Assembly (NCBI RefSeq): GCF_036321535.1
Contig: NC_087436.1
Location: forward strand, 115,446,001-115,510,000
DNA: 64,000 nucleotides
Source: Camelus dromedarius
Taxonomy: Eukaryota
Direction of reading: 5' to 3'
The notes below the pieces were generated by a model, which saw only the letters and a program-made list of their open reading frames with translations, was not told the DNA's origin and did not search any database. The translations under genes and the position numbers were made by a program. Shown here piece after piece: positions 1 through 13,395 of this stretch; the first letter of the stretch is position 1, and each line of letters opens with the position of its first letter.

Positions 1-420
1 GATTCTGGAAGTCAGAAGTCTGAAATCAGTCTTATCTGGACAAACGCATGTCACCAAGGCTGGTTTCTTCTGGATTCTGAGGGGAGGATCTGTTCACATG
101 TCTTTTTCACCTTCTAGTAGTTGCACGTATGCCTTGGCTTGTGGTTCTCTCCTCCATCTTCCAAAAGCATCACTCTAATCTCTGCTCCCATTATCACCTT
201 GCCTTCTTGTCTAATGCTGACTCCTCCTGGGTTGCCCTTTTAAAGACAGTTGTGATTAGATCAGGCCAACCCAGATCCCCCAGGATGATCTTCGCATCTC
301 AAGATCCTTAACTGAAACACATCCACAAAGTCCCTTTAGCCATATAAGGTAGCATTCCGGTTCCCAGGATTAGGGCATGGGCATACTTAGAGTGGGTGGA
401 CAATTATCCAGCCCACCTAT
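1..420 (-). mobile_element. MaLR LTR (MLT1-type), partial
   Basis: Typical MLT1 motifs: ctggaagtcagaagtctgaaatcag, caggatgatct..catctcaagatccttaact, ccatataaggta.cattc. Confidence 0.8.
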
Positions 421-639
421 CACGCCCTGTAAAACAAATTCATTCTTAGTTTTGGATGCTAGTTTACATACGTGGTTGTCTAGGAACCTTTACTCCTTTG
501 CCTGCTTCTAGAATTTTTGGTAATCTTCTTTCCCTCAAACCAGCCTGAGAGCATCTAAATCAGAGGACTTATCACAACACAGTTTCCTCTCTATCCCTGA
601 AATATTTGGGATGACCTAAAGTCCCATCAGGATACTTAC

Positions 640-761
640 CCCAATTCCTGATACTGACGTTGGTGAAGAATGAATAAACATGGCCAATTGCTCAACTAAA
701 GGAAGCAATGTTTTCCTTGTCTTCTGTTTCACTTTTACTTCAAAAGACCCATGTTCCAGAG
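640..761 (-). pseudogene. Decayed PDZ exon (open frame)
   Basis: 122 nt, acceptor ttacactctctgcaag|, strong donor GGG|GTAAGT. Reads LEHGSFEVKVKQKTRKTLLPLVEQLAMFIHSSPTSVSGIG. Confidence 0.55.
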
Positions 762-2329
762 CTTGCAGAGAGTGTAAGCAGAGGCATTTTGTAATCTTTA
801 AAATTATAAGATTTTTCTCTTGCTGTATTTTTTTATATAAAAAGCAGGCCACACATCTAAATGACCTAGATTTCCTCAAGAAAGTTCAAGCAGTCTGTGG
901 TAACTTAAGGAAGGGTCAGCTACCAGCTGGGAGCGGGATGAAAGGCTGAGCTGGTACCACAGTGTGGATCACGTTTGATAAGGACAGGGAGACAGTGAGG
1001 GCAAAAAAGTAAAAGTGTGTGTTTGGCCTCTTCTTTTATCTCTGACACTTTGTAAAGCTGCCCTCATTCAAATTTAGTGACCTTGAGATTTCGAGCCAAC
1101 AAAAGTACACTTTATCATTTTAATCTATTTGACTAGCACTTAACTATTGCTTTAATTAAATCACCAGGTTAGTGTCTTTATTTCTTTTTCCCCATACTTT
1201 CCAGAATATCTCATGAAATCCTTCCACCTTTCCCAGGCCAACAATACTCATCACCATTATGTCCTTATTTATTTCCCTCAGTCAGTCTAGAATGCTCTCT
1301 TCCTTCCATGTCATGATAAACTCTGACTATATTTGGGTGACAGATACTGAAGTTAGCCCAACACATTCACTGCTTGGTGGGACTCATACAGCACAAGGCT
1401 GGTTGGTGAGAGGCGGAGCTCCCGTTGCGTGAAGCTGGGACAGTGGGTGTGGCCAGGAGACAGGTGAGGTGAGGTTCCATAGTCTGCCGAACTTTGGCAG
1501 GCTTGGCAGGGAGATGTAGATGGCTGACAAAAAGGAAGTGTTGGATTCTTCAACGAAGTTATGTAGACAAATAGGAAAAGAGGCACACTTTTTTTTTTTT
1601 TCCAATATGCCAAAGTAAGAGAGTCTACCAGGAACCTGGATTGGAGGTCAGGGTTATCACTTGATCATTTCTGGCTTTGACCCTTTGTCAAGTGCTCTCT
1701 TCTTTTTTTCTCATTTAATGACAATCTATGTCAATGAACCTGTGATAGTCTAATTTATGGTCAAAGGGATCAAAGATTTTAAGTATCTTGTCTAACAACA
1801 CACAGCTAGCAGGATGCAGGATTGGAATTGAAAACCACCAGTTTGGTGAACCCAGTTCATACTGTGTCTGGAATCACAGAGTTGCAAAGACTGATGAAAG
1901 GTGAGAGTAAGAAGTAGATAGAGTTTTGAGCTTGTTTTTCTGGATGCGTTAACCAAAACCATTATGACTATCTTATCCTTATAGTCTTGTCCATTTCCTT
2001 AGAGTCTCAAATTCTATCTAATATTTTAAAGTGAGACTTTCTACACTATTCTATGTTTTAATAAATATATTTACTTATCTTTATATTGATAAACCAGTTC
2101 TCAAGTTATCTTTGAATGATGTAAAGACTACCATTAGCTCCTAGTGTCTTGAGTACATTGTATTGCTTTGCTCAGCTCCCAGAAGGGAAGGCCAGTGACC
2201 CTAAACATCTGAACCACTCAGTGCACGTAGGCATCTCAGTTATGTCATGCTCTGAGCCAACAGGCTACGTGTATTTTTTATGAAACTGGAGACTTAAGTG
2301 TGGATTCTTTTTCTCTGCTCATGTTTCAG

Positions 2330-2545
2330 CTCAGCCTGCCCTGCAAATGCATACTTCGAGTGCCTTGGCCTCCTGTGAATAATAGATTTCATCTATGTAG
2401 GACTCACACTTGATGATCTGTGACTACCACACATAAAATACCCATCTCAGTGAGTGAATTAGCAACCCATCACATTGATGCCAAAGATGTGAAACCCTGA
2501 GAATGCTCATTGCAGGTCATGGAATTTTGTTTAGAAGCCGCTTCT
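2330..2545 (-). pseudogene. Decayed PDZ exon
   Basis: KFHDLQ*AFSGFHIFGINVMG, then with frameshifts NSLTEMGILCV..QIIK..SQEAKALEVCICR. Confidence 0.5.
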
Positions 2546-3499
2546 CTAAATGAGTCACTAGCAAGAAATTGACTGTATTTGGTTCTGAAAAAAATCAATC
2601 TTCCCTTCAGCTAGCAGTCATCAGATATTTAAGGCATCAAATCAGCAGTCTGCCTTTACCAGTTCTTAGAAATTGGGGCATTTTCACAGTTGATCAAGTG
2701 ACATTAGGGCTGTTATGGTACAGATTGAAAACACAGCTACTGCAAAGTAAATGAATGACTGTTATTCTTCTTTGAATGTGATTGTTCTGTTCACTTTTAG
2801 TCAGCATTGCTTTAAAAAAAAAAACAATTGTCTTTCTTGAAGGGTGCAGATTCCAGGGGAGATGTAGTTAAAAATATTAAGCATCATACATTATTTCAAA
2901 CATCCTTAAGTGTTTGTATTGCACGTTATAAAAATCTTGATATACAATGCCACAATTGAATGAGAAAGTATTAAAAACGTCAATGCTATTATATCATTTC
3001 TGAAGACCAATTTACCCTTTTTTTTTTGAGACTGTAATGAGCCTGGTTCATTTTGTGTTCTACCATTTATCTTCTCAGTAGCCTTGGAAAATTTCCCCGC
3101 AGGCACAGCATGCTATTCGTGTCTCAGACGATCAGGCAGACACGCAGAAGAACATAAAGATGGGAGATTTCCCCACAAACAGTATGATGCTCAGTACAGT
3201 CACTTACACAATGCAGGCTGAGAAATTCCAACCAAACTCAGGGATGGTGGTTTTGTGATGTAGCCGGGCCTACTGAAAACCAATGACGAAGCTTCCATTT
3301 CTTACTGCTCTGAGAGATGTGTGGGAAGGCCAGGTTCAGACTTTGCCTCCTCAGCCTTTCTCTGAACGTTCAATACGCTGTCAAACGATACAGTTTAACT
3401 TGAGAATGTAAAGTGCCCATCTCAAGTGCATCGAGGCTAGAAAAACAGGAATGGGATAACTGTATGCCGTGACATTTAAACTAGAAGAAAAAAACGTTA

Positions 3500-3829
3500 T
3501 TTTCCAGTCGTTATTCTTTATTGTGCAATAGCATTTTAATATCAGCTGTACCTGGAACAAAGAAAGTTCGTGACTGTTACGCTTCCGAACCTGAAGGTGT
3601 TAATTGTGCTTTTGAGAAGGAAAATGAAAAGAATATGTGTTTTGAAGCAGGCATAACTGGGCTATTCTTGCCTCCACCACCGTCTACTAATGTGAGTGCA
3701 CAGAGGCTACTTTGATCCACCCGGACTATTTCCTTCCCTGCGATGGAGTTATAGATTACTTTGGACCATATGAAACTACTTGACCATTTTTGACCAACCA
3801 AAATGGCAAGTAGTTAGTTTGCAGTGTTG
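3500..3829 (-). pseudogene. Two decayed PDZ exons
   Basis: Acceptor at 3829 (tcattgattctcacag|) gives LLAILVGQKWSSSFIWSKVIYNSIAGKEIVRVDQ. Acceptor at 3590 (accttcag|) gives VRKRNSHELSLFQVQLILKCY, reminiscent of the late PATJ/MPDZ PDZ that ends ..ILKC/LLKC. Confidence 0.55.
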
Positions 3830-5389
3830 CTGTGAGAATCAATGAAAACAAAACAAAACAAAATAAAACAACCTCAGAAAGTGGTATGGCAATCAATTCT
3901 CTTTCTTCTTAGGTAATGAATCTGCAAAGCCTTCCAGAAGCTGCCCTGGCCCCAGTGCCTTGCCAAGAATAACAGAGCATCTCATAATGATAAGTGTGAT
4001 TACTCTTATTAATCAGTAACGATGGACAGAACTTTGCACGCAGTCTCTCATTTAATTCATTCTTAAAGATGGAAACAGGTCTTTAATTATTTCCACAATA
4101 TGGATTCACAAACTGAAGTCACACATTAAGATTTCACAGTTGTAACCAGCACCTGAGAGGTCAGGGACCCATTTTCAATGTTACGGAGTTTCTTTGCTTC
4201 AATCTCCTTTATAAGCCCTTCACATTTAATAATAATGTATAGTTATGTGATGTTTAGAATGTTTGAGGCATGCAGATTCTGTAATTGGGCTTCCAGCTTC
4301 TTGATCTTTTACCTATATAACATCATGACATTAGACAAGTCACACTGTATTTATTTATTTAACTTATATTTAGCTAATGTTTGTCGATCCCATAGTTAAC
4401 AGCCACTGTTCTAGGCATTTGCTCCCATTACCCACTTTAATACCTGTAAATACCCTGGTGGATGGCATTATGATTTCCATAGAGGTGGAAACTTACACAC
4501 AGAGAGTCTCCATCACTCACTCAAGGGCATAAAACTATGAAGCAGAGACAGAATTTGGACCTGACTGTGTGTCTCTAAGTCTCACGCCTTTAACAATTAT
4601 GCTAAACTTAATTTCTAATCTCCATTTCCTCAACATTAAAATAGTATTTAACGAGAGTATACATGAAAAGCTCAGGCAAAAGCAGTGCTCAATGAAAGCT
4701 TTTTTATTAATATTATTTTATTAGCCACTTTCAAACAAACCCTGCAACTAGAATCCTTGCTGTGTAAGGATTATTTGTCTAATTTCAGATGAAGAACTGA
4801 ACCTTATCAAATTGGATTGAGTTGTCCAAAAAGATGCATCAAAAGAGCCTGGAACCTATAACTTTGGATTTTTAATCCACTGCTTTTCTCAATGTTTGCT
4901 TCTCCATTATATTTCACTGTAAACGTTTATAATTAATTTATAACCTTGTCTGATTATTACCAATTCAGTTTTACATTATAACTGTTTAATTACTTTTTAC
5001 TTTCTTGTACATCAAGTTTCATTGCTATACACAGGTAATAGCTCTCTGTAGTTACAGCCTAAGGGACATATAGTGATAGCTTAATGTAGCGCACCTATGA
5101 GAACGTGTCAATAATTTTCTGACATCAACACTCAAGGTCCTTTCAATTTTGAAAAATATATGCATTTTATAAAAACTAGATAGCAGAGGAATCTTTTAAT
5201 TTTTTAAATTAGAACAAGGATGGGGAGACAACTGAGCCCAGAAAACTTGGGTTTCTTCCCTAGAATAGCATGTAGTTTTGTGTTTCTTGGAATTGCTTTC
5301 ATATATGACCACTTCTCTGTATTTGCTGGTTACTTACATGCAATAAAATAACTAAAAATGATTGTCTTTCTCTCTGAAATTTAGTTTCC

Positions 5390-5846
5390 ATAATGTGCAC
5401 ACTGACAAAGTCTAGTGGGTGCATTGATGCCTCGCTCAGAAACTTCCTTCAAGAATCGGGCACATTTACTGAGCTGTTGGGTGTGTTGATTTCCAAGACT
5501 TACTCTCCGTCAAAAACAGCCACTTCACCCAGTGTCACACCTGTTCCTGCAGGTGGCCCATTCCCAAAACTGGTCAGTGAAAAGGTATAAAAGGATGACT
5601 TTGTGTCTGAATATGGGGAATCTCTGAAGGGCCATATCTACTCTTGAGTTCTGGGGGGGCTGTAGAACTAGCTGGGTTCTTCATTTGTCTCTGAGGGAAA
5701 GGGGGCTAAGGTAGAAATTTCCTTTCTTTGCAGTATTATACCCTTCATTCCCCACAGGCCTGGATGCATAGAGTATGTCCCAATAAAACCCCTGCCCACA
5801 GATCTCCATGTTGGAGTATGTTTTCTGGAGAACCTGGCCTAAAACA
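5390..5846 (+). mobile_element. ERVL LTR (LTR16-like)
   Basis: 3' end ccaataaaacccctgcccacagatctccatgttggagtatgttttctggagaacctggcctaaaaca. The 5' boundary is approximate. Confidence 0.65.
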
Positions 5847-7129
5847 CACACGTTTTCAAGAGCGGAGTCCTGCTTTGCTTCTTCACTGAAAGTGATCTGA
5901 TACTAAAACATTTCAATAATTCCTAGACTTGGATGGGGCTACAAATTGACTGTGATTAGGGCTCTCTGATTCTGACCATCGCCTCCTCCACCATGACCAT
6001 TCAGTACTTTCAGCCTTGTAAAATGTCATCACGGGCCCATAACAACAAAACACAGATCTTTCTAGCTTTTCTTGGCAATGTGTCTCCGTTCTTTATCTTT
6101 GGTTCTGCTGTCAAGGCTTCACCTCATTAGTTGAATCTCCATCTTTGCCCTGTGCCATATATGGTTCCATTTCCAGTGTTCTTGGCATTTGAATCTTGCA
6201 ATTTTATACTTGATTTCTGGCTGTGTACACATTTCCAGGGACAAATAACTTATGTTGTTATAGGTGAACTCTCTTCACCAGTGTTTCCTCCTGAAATTAA
6301 AAGTTCCACCCCTATCCCCACTTAGAGATGAATTTGGTCACTATCTGACCACATATATCCTCATATGTCAGGATAAACATCACTCTTTGAACTCATCCAT
6401 CACTTCCAAAATTTTATGGTATGGAACTAGAAGCTGATCACTTTCTAAAGGTGTCCCTCAAGGAAAAAAAAAAGAAAGAAAAAACCTTTTTAAAAGTTAT
6501 TTGGTAAAATTGCCTTTCTAAACCCCCTTTTAATGATTCAGATTTTCCTTTACATGTTAAAGGCTTTCAAGATTTCTGCAATCAAGAAATTCTTTATTCT
6601 TATCTTCACTTCACCTACTTTCCAAATCTGGTTTGGGCACAGGATGCTTTTTGTTTCTCTGTTTTGTGCAACACCTGACAAGCTTTCATATGGTTACAGT
6701 TTGCCTTGGAACAAGTTTGGGAAACAGAAACTTAGTTCAACCTCTGACCCAGTTTAGTATTCCTTTCTATATCCGAGGGTGATTCTATAACACAGGAGAG
6801 ATTTACTACATTTGTATTTCACTTGACTTTTGCTTTTCATTTCAAATATTTAGGTTATTATTTTGCATTCAGGTAGAGGGCATGGAAATGAATAAAAAGG
6901 CAGTTATCATACATCATATCTTCCCTGTGCTCCAGGAGAGAACAGCCCTCGTTGAAGGGAATTTAATGAATAGGTTGGCCTTCTAGCCTTGTCTTGAATG
7001 TCTCCAGGGAATAAAGGAAATGCTTTTCATATGGCAGACAATTTCAGTACTGGATTATTCTAATTATTATAAATTACCTTCATTATACTTTCTATACACC
7101 TATCCCAAATTGGCTTCTGGGGCAATATC

Positions 7130-7250
7130 AGAAATTCTTCTTATATGTATGTGTGTATATGCATGACTGGGACATTGTGCTGTACACCAGAAATTGGCAC
7201 ATTGTAATGGACTGTACTTCAATAAAATTTTTTTAATTAAAAAAATTAAG
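7130..7250 (+). mobile_element. Lineage-specific L1 3' end fragment
   Basis: gcatgactgggacattgtgctgtacaccagaaattggcacattgtaatggactgtacttcaataaaa plus A-rich tail; a similar sequence occurs at ~44265-44340. Confidence 0.75.
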
Positions 7251-8450
7251 CCAGTGAAGTATGGCAAAAAATTCTTCCTTTTCCTGTTTTTAATAATGCA
7301 ATGAGCCATCGTTTCAGACATTTGAAGGCAACCAACCCACCCTATTCGAGACTTCTTGTTCCTAGACTTAAACATAAATTCTTTTAATATTCCACAGTTG
7401 TCGTATTTTATAGAACCCTTTTAAAATGTCTTCCTCACTTAGGCATGTGCTGGTTTGTCACTAGAATTCATATTTCCAACTTTTAGCGACTCCATATACC
7501 ATATTTCTAAAACAAGATCCAACTGTTCGGACAGTCACTTGAAGGGACACCAAAATGAAATAGAATATTGCTCCATTGTTGTTTCAGAGGAATGAGTGAA
7601 TTTCGCACTTTCTTCCTAGGGTTTTCCTTTAAATAAAGGACTGGATGAGAAAACAGAGAGGACTCCTATTTTTAGTCTTGACTAGATTGAAAGACTTCCT
7701 GTGCTGTGATAGTTGTGTTCCTTGTGATCTCCACCCCAGCTGGCAAGCTTGTCACTTAAGAAACGGGAGCCAGAGGACTGAGGATTACTAAATAATACTA
7801 GGTCTTCTGTGGGAAATGAAAAGTCAACATCTATTTTGCTTTACTTTCCCAACTTGCAGAATTACCAGAGTTCTTGCCAATATCTGACATTTTAAACTTC
7901 AAACCAATTGCCCATAGGAACAAAGCCACTTCCCATGGATTTTCTTATTTAAACAAAATGTCTTTGGGAGGAAATCACACTACTGACAATCACTGCTTTC
8001 TTAATGACTGAATGTGTTTGAGGTCCTGTGTTGGGAACAGGTATAGTTTGATAAGGAAAAGCATCGGATGTGATTTTTTGGTGCATATAAATGAATTCTA
8101 CCAAATCATGTTTTCTATACATATCGAAGTACAGCAATAAGTATCCAAATTAGAGAACAATTGAGAAGCATTAGACTAATTAAAAAGGCAAGATAATGAG
8201 ATCCTGTTTAATTGTATTATTGATTTTCCTTTTAAGTCAGGGTTTATTTCCCCTTTCTTACAGAGAAAGTTAAATATAGGTTGTGATGTTTAAATCTACG
8301 TTTTCATTCCTATGCCTGGTCTAATCTGTAACTGCTCTCTTGTTGACTGCATGTTGGACAGCTCTTGTTGACTCCATTTGATTAAGTTTGGGATGAAGAA
8401 AGAAATGAGAGAGAAAGAGAGAGAAAGGGAACGGACGTTTTTATGATTAC

Positions 8451-8672
8451 CTCCACTAAAAGGGCTGAGCAGTATCTCATCCAAGCTGATGTCATCATTT
8501 TGACGTATCCATTACCTGATTGAGTGGAACTGAGGGGAAAACGTGCAATTCTATTTCTTTTTTTTATTATTTTTTTGAGGTATAGTCAGTTTACAATATT
8601 CTGTCAATTTCTGGTCTACAGCACAATTTTTCAGTCATACATGAATATACATATATTCATTTTCATTATTTT

Positions 8673-8704
<32 letters not shown>

Positions 8705-8980
8705 ATTATTATTATTATTTTGCAATTCTATTTCTTCGTTAAGTATAAACATTAGGTTTGCTGGAAAGTTCAGCTTGGTTGAATCTAGTAGCTCTGTTGG
8801 AACTTTCACAAATGCATCTGACACCTCAGGAATCTCAAGAACTTATTCAGAGTCCCAGAAAGTTGAAAATCATAGTCAAATTAGACATAAGAATACTGGC
8901 AGTTAGGAAATTTAAAGACACAAACAGCAAACCCATGGGGCCATCTTGGCTGTGACTTTTCAAATGAAGAACACACTTTA
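8451..8980 (-). pseudogene. Candidate decayed exons
   Basis: VLHLKSHSQDGPMGLLF (~8975-8925) is PDZ betaA/betaB-like. A 79-nt exon at 8529-8451 is bounded by ttttcccctcag| and GAG|GTAATC. Confidence 0.4.
8544..8736 (-). mobile_element. 5'-truncated young L1 3' end with a 16-bp TSD and an (ATT)n tract
   Basis: Exact direct repeats tgcaattctatttctt at 8544-8559 and 8721-8736 flank a poly-T, gaggtatagtcagtttacaatatt...ctggtctacagcaca and (ATT)n. Confidence 0.8.
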
Positions 8981-9479
8981 AACAATTAAAGAAGTAAACA
9001 TACACAATGAGGGAAAATATAAAAGGAAAAACAGTCATAATTTATAAATATTGTATAGACTTCTAACATTTAAGATGAAATCTCTGTAAAATGAAGAGGG
9101 AACCTCACCCGTGATTATATTTTGAAACATTTTCAAGAATTTTTCCCATTGGAAATACAAATAATTGCATATTTCCAAGAGTAAAAGGTAGCTGTGATAT
9201 ACAAAAGTTACTGTCATCTTCTACCTCTTCACCAGGGTCTTAGTTTGAAGCCATCAAAGCATTAGAAAACTTGGCTTTGATGGGTTTCATTTATATTAGG
9301 TTTCAGTTTTCCCATGTGCTAAGAATTCAACAAAAACAAAATGAACAAAAGAAAACCTAGTAAACCAAAATCCAAATGAAACCAAAACAAAAAGAAAAGG
9401 CAAGACTCAGAGACCTCTCAATGTGTTCACGTATTGTTGTATACTTTGTGTCCAGCAGGGAAACTAGTAGGTGTCGAAA

Positions 9480-9730
9480 TTATTAATTTAACTTATTTAA
9501 TTAACATCTATATAAAAAGTCTACAATGGGCCAGCCATTGGTTGAAAACCTTTACATATATTGGCTCATATTTGTTTCTTAAAATAACCTCAGGATTCAG
9601 ATATTATTATTCTCATTTTCTGAACAAAATTGATGCACAGAGAAGTTAAATATCTGACTTACGTTGACACAGCTTGTAGGTACAGGAGTTGGCCTTTTGC
9701 CTTGGCTGTCAGGTTCTGGACCCTCTTCCT
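9480..9730. mobile_element. MIR SINE (representative; other MIR-like pieces at ~1.7, 4.0-4.7, 27.1, 28.2, 29.5, 42.2, 43.0, 47.9, 49.5 and 55.8 kb)
   Basis: MIR core attattctcattttctgaacaaaattgatgcacagagaagttaaatatctgac. Confidence 0.65.
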
Positions 9731-10121
9731 CTTTTTCACACTTTTGTGTTGTGTGATTTCTCATATGTTACTCAAATATAGGAGATCATTCTTCCATTTC
9801 TCTTAATGTTTAGTAGAAAATTTTAATTTAAATTAAAGAAATTTTATAATTCCTATCTAGAAACTGGTACAAAGTAGTGTTCAATAAATGGAAAGCACCT
9901 TTCTTGCTTCCTACATTTCCTTTTCATAATTTTAAATCTGTCCTTGCATAAACCCAGAAAAACCTACTCTCATATACTGAATCAGGTTATTTAAATGCTG
10001 ATAGGGTCCCAATAAACATCATGAAACAAATTTTATCATCTGAATATTTTGGAGACGAAAGTTTGTGGTAGAATATAGAAAATGTGTGAGTGTGATTTTG
10101 GCAAATGCAGCATCAGTTTAC

Positions 10122-10837
10122 CTTTTACTAATCTCCGTATCTCCAGAGGTCTTGTTTTGGTGGAAGAGAATTATGGGGCAGACACTGGAAGAAATCTATA
10201 TATACATATATATATAAAATAAAATACAAATATATATAAAGAATATATGCATATATATTAAAATAGTATTAACATAAACAAAGATTCTCTCTTGTTGATG
10301 TTCTACTGAAGACATGGTTGGATCTAGAGTCTTTCACATTAAAGTGTAGAAACTACAGGGGAGAGTCTGTCTCACCACAACAGAGCAGATACAAGGAGTG
10401 AAGAATATTAGGGGAAGACATTAGTACAAGAGACAAGAGAGGAGAGATTCCAGATCCCCCATCTAAGAGCGATTCTGTCTGGATTGAAAGGTTAGCGTCA
10501 TTTGCTAAGTTCTGGGTATACCAGTGACCTTCTAGCTCCAAGAGTGTTTCGAGAATGACCCACAAGTTCACAACCTCTCCACATGGTGTGAGAGAGCTAA
10601 GGGTAGGTTTTCTCGAAGGTAGCCTTAAGTAGTGGGTTAAGGGGAAAAATAGGTGGTTCTCAGAAGGCAGTTTACATCATGTTTACCAAAATTGCACTGT
10701 AAAAGTCAAAATAATTTTAAAAAAAAAGATGCTCAAATGCCCACGTGGCTCATTTCTTTTCAGTTCTATGCATCCAGGAGCTCTGACAGTTCCCGCTGAG
10801 GATGCTTAAGAGGCCTTATCTGCATCCTTCCAAGCAT
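10122..10837 (-). pseudogene. Decayed PDZ exons
   Basis: Exon from 10837 (ttattatag|) reads DAWKDADKAS*ASSAGTVRAPGCIELKRNEPRGHLSI. A 63-nt exon at 10184-10122 (ttcttccag| ... AAG|GTAAAC) reads CLPHNSLPPKQDLWRYGD**K. Confidence 0.5.
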
Positions 10838-12061
10838 CTATAATAAAGGTGATTCTAAAGTCCAGTTTACTTTAAAATGGGCTGTTGTCGTGAGGCACCA
10901 CATGTTTAGTCTTCTCACTGGTACTCACTGACCTGAGGATAAATGGCCAGTGGTAGATTCACTTTAAATGCGGGCTTCCATGTGCAAGTTTGAATTTTGG
11001 TACCCCCAGTGAAGACAATTAAGCAAACCTCGTAATGCTGTAATTGAAATGTTAACAGATAATTGCCCATGTAATTATTCCCAGTCATTTTATTATCATT
11101 AAAGCAGTATAATTCAATATCAAATATTACTCGATTACTGAGATAATACTTAATATTAACACATTTGTTTTATAACAACTCAGGAGTTTTCATTTTGGGC
11201 TGAAGGCGAAGAGGATGCTGATTCTGGCATAGGAAGTGTTTTAGAAGGCAGGGATGCTGTCGCTGGTCTCTGTCATTTGCCAGGCTTATACCATCCCACT
11301 TACTCTCAACAACAGTGTCTGAAATTGTTGGCCTTTACCCTGGAGTACTCCTGCCTCAGCACGTGGATGGGAACAAGTCGTTTCTTCCAGAAAATGGAAA
11401 GTAGAGGTGATGAAGTCTTCCGTCTTCTTTGTTTCATTTGTACATCACTTTTCAGTCATGGGCAACCCTGTGGGTGCCCCTTTCTTCCCAGGAGCCTGTG
11501 AGCCTCCCATCAGGTTCCTTCCACTGCTCTGACACTTAGCTCCTCACTATTCATGCCTTAGTGACATCCTAGTTATTTTGAAATTCTCCATATTGATTTT
11601 TTTTAATTTAATTGACTTTAATTCATCTTAATTTTAATTAAATAATCTCAGGGAGATTAATTATGATTGTAACCCCAAGGGTTAACACTTTTATCATTAT
11701 TCTGTTAATAAGTACCTGAAAATATTTTAAAAATGGGGAATTTATCTTGTACTTGAGCAAATGACTAATTTCAATGTCTTCTTAGGATTTCTGTCATTGA
11801 GTCCCTTCTGAAGGCACCCCGATCTTATCACAAGTCCTTCTTTTAAAAATCTTCAAAATCTTCTAGAGTTTGTTTTTCTATGAACTTATTTAAGAAGTCT
11901 TCATTATAGGTTTACTATTCTGGTAATTGTTTGAAAGCATTTAGATTGCATATAAAAATCATGATTCTCAACTTTGGTGACAAAAAAGATTGCGTATGTA
12001 ACAACTAGCCAGGGATCAGTAAAATTGTCTCAAAAATAAAACTGAACTCTCCTTACTTTAC

Positions 12062-13395
12062 CTAATCATGGTTTAGGTAGTTAATATAATATAAACGAGT
12101 ATAGCATTTTAGATTATTTTTAAAATTCAATACTGGAAAAAATAGTTGAAAAATATATATATATTTCGTATTTTTTTTCTTTCATAGTTTATTCCTCCTT
12201 TGATTTGGACCTAAGAGTGTGACATATTTTCTTTTTCATCAAGATGTAAATGTCAGTTCCTGTATTTTTTTATTGGGATGTTCAGTACAAAATTCAGCAC
12301 TGAATTATTTAACTGGGAATGACATGTATCTGTTTGTGTAATGGAAAAGTTCTGTTCACACATAATATAGGTGTTTCTATATATGGAGACTATGTAAAGT
12401 GATATTTGATCAATGGTTTCTTTAATACATAGGGTAACAATTTCAGGCATAGTTAAGGTTTATGGTACCTCATATGGTCACATTTATTATTTTTTACCAT
12501 CTTACACTGCAGTTAAATAATTTATTTTGGAACTCCTCATTCTTTGATCAACATTACCTGGCAAAGACAAACGGTAATATTAGTTTATTTTCATAACATT
12601 GAAATTTGGAAATTTTGGAAAGTAATGTTCAACTTCACAATGTTAAGTATATACTCAAGCTATGACTTTGACTTTTGGAAATGATTTAAGCACAAGAAAG
12701 TGTTTCAGGTTACCCTTTCTGTGGTGAACTTCTGAAGAACTCACTTTCACCAGAAAATAATAAAAAATGCTCTTATTTATTTCTGTTTCCTTGAAAATCA
12801 ATATTCAAAAAGTTTGTATGGTTACAATGTCAAACAAAAAAATCCCTAACGGTTGATTTGATTTTTCTTGATAAGTTAAAGGTAGTATTTTTCTTGGCTT
12901 GATATGACCAAGTAAATACCTTTGAACAGATCAAAAATTGCCCCAGTGCCTTCCCTTACTTGGTTGCCCACCTATAAGGTGTATGACAGATAAAATGTAT
13001 ATCTAATTCATCAAGCAAAGCTTTACCTATCTATTGCTAAAGCTATGGGAACATTTCTATTTCACAGTATTCACTGTGTGGCTGGAAGGGACCATATGAA
13101 ACTCTTCAGCCCAGGGGATTATTGGTAAACTATGCAATGGGTGAATTTAAATTTGGGGTCTTTTCAAAATTCTCAAACTTGATCTATTTGTTTAGTACAA
13201 AGATACCATCAACCATCAGATTCCAAACCAATTCAGACTTGTGTCTTCCAGTTTTCAGCACAGCACCCAAGAAGTAGCTATTTTAAAGACATGGGCTTAT
13301 ATGGGCACCATATATGAGTCTCTTGGTCACATATAAATTCTCCTCAGTAAAAAATAACTAGTGTTCTGTGGATATTCCCCTATTTCTTCAACATG
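12062..13395 (-). pseudogene. Cluster of decayed PDZ exons
   Basis: GAVLKTGRHKSELVWNLMVDGI (~13270-13205); junction ATA G|GT GGG CAA = IGGQ, then LFKGIY (12971-12915); MPEIVTLCIK (12450); TDIYILMKKKICHTL(fs)VQIKGGINYERKKIRNIYI (12259-12155). Confidence 0.55.
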
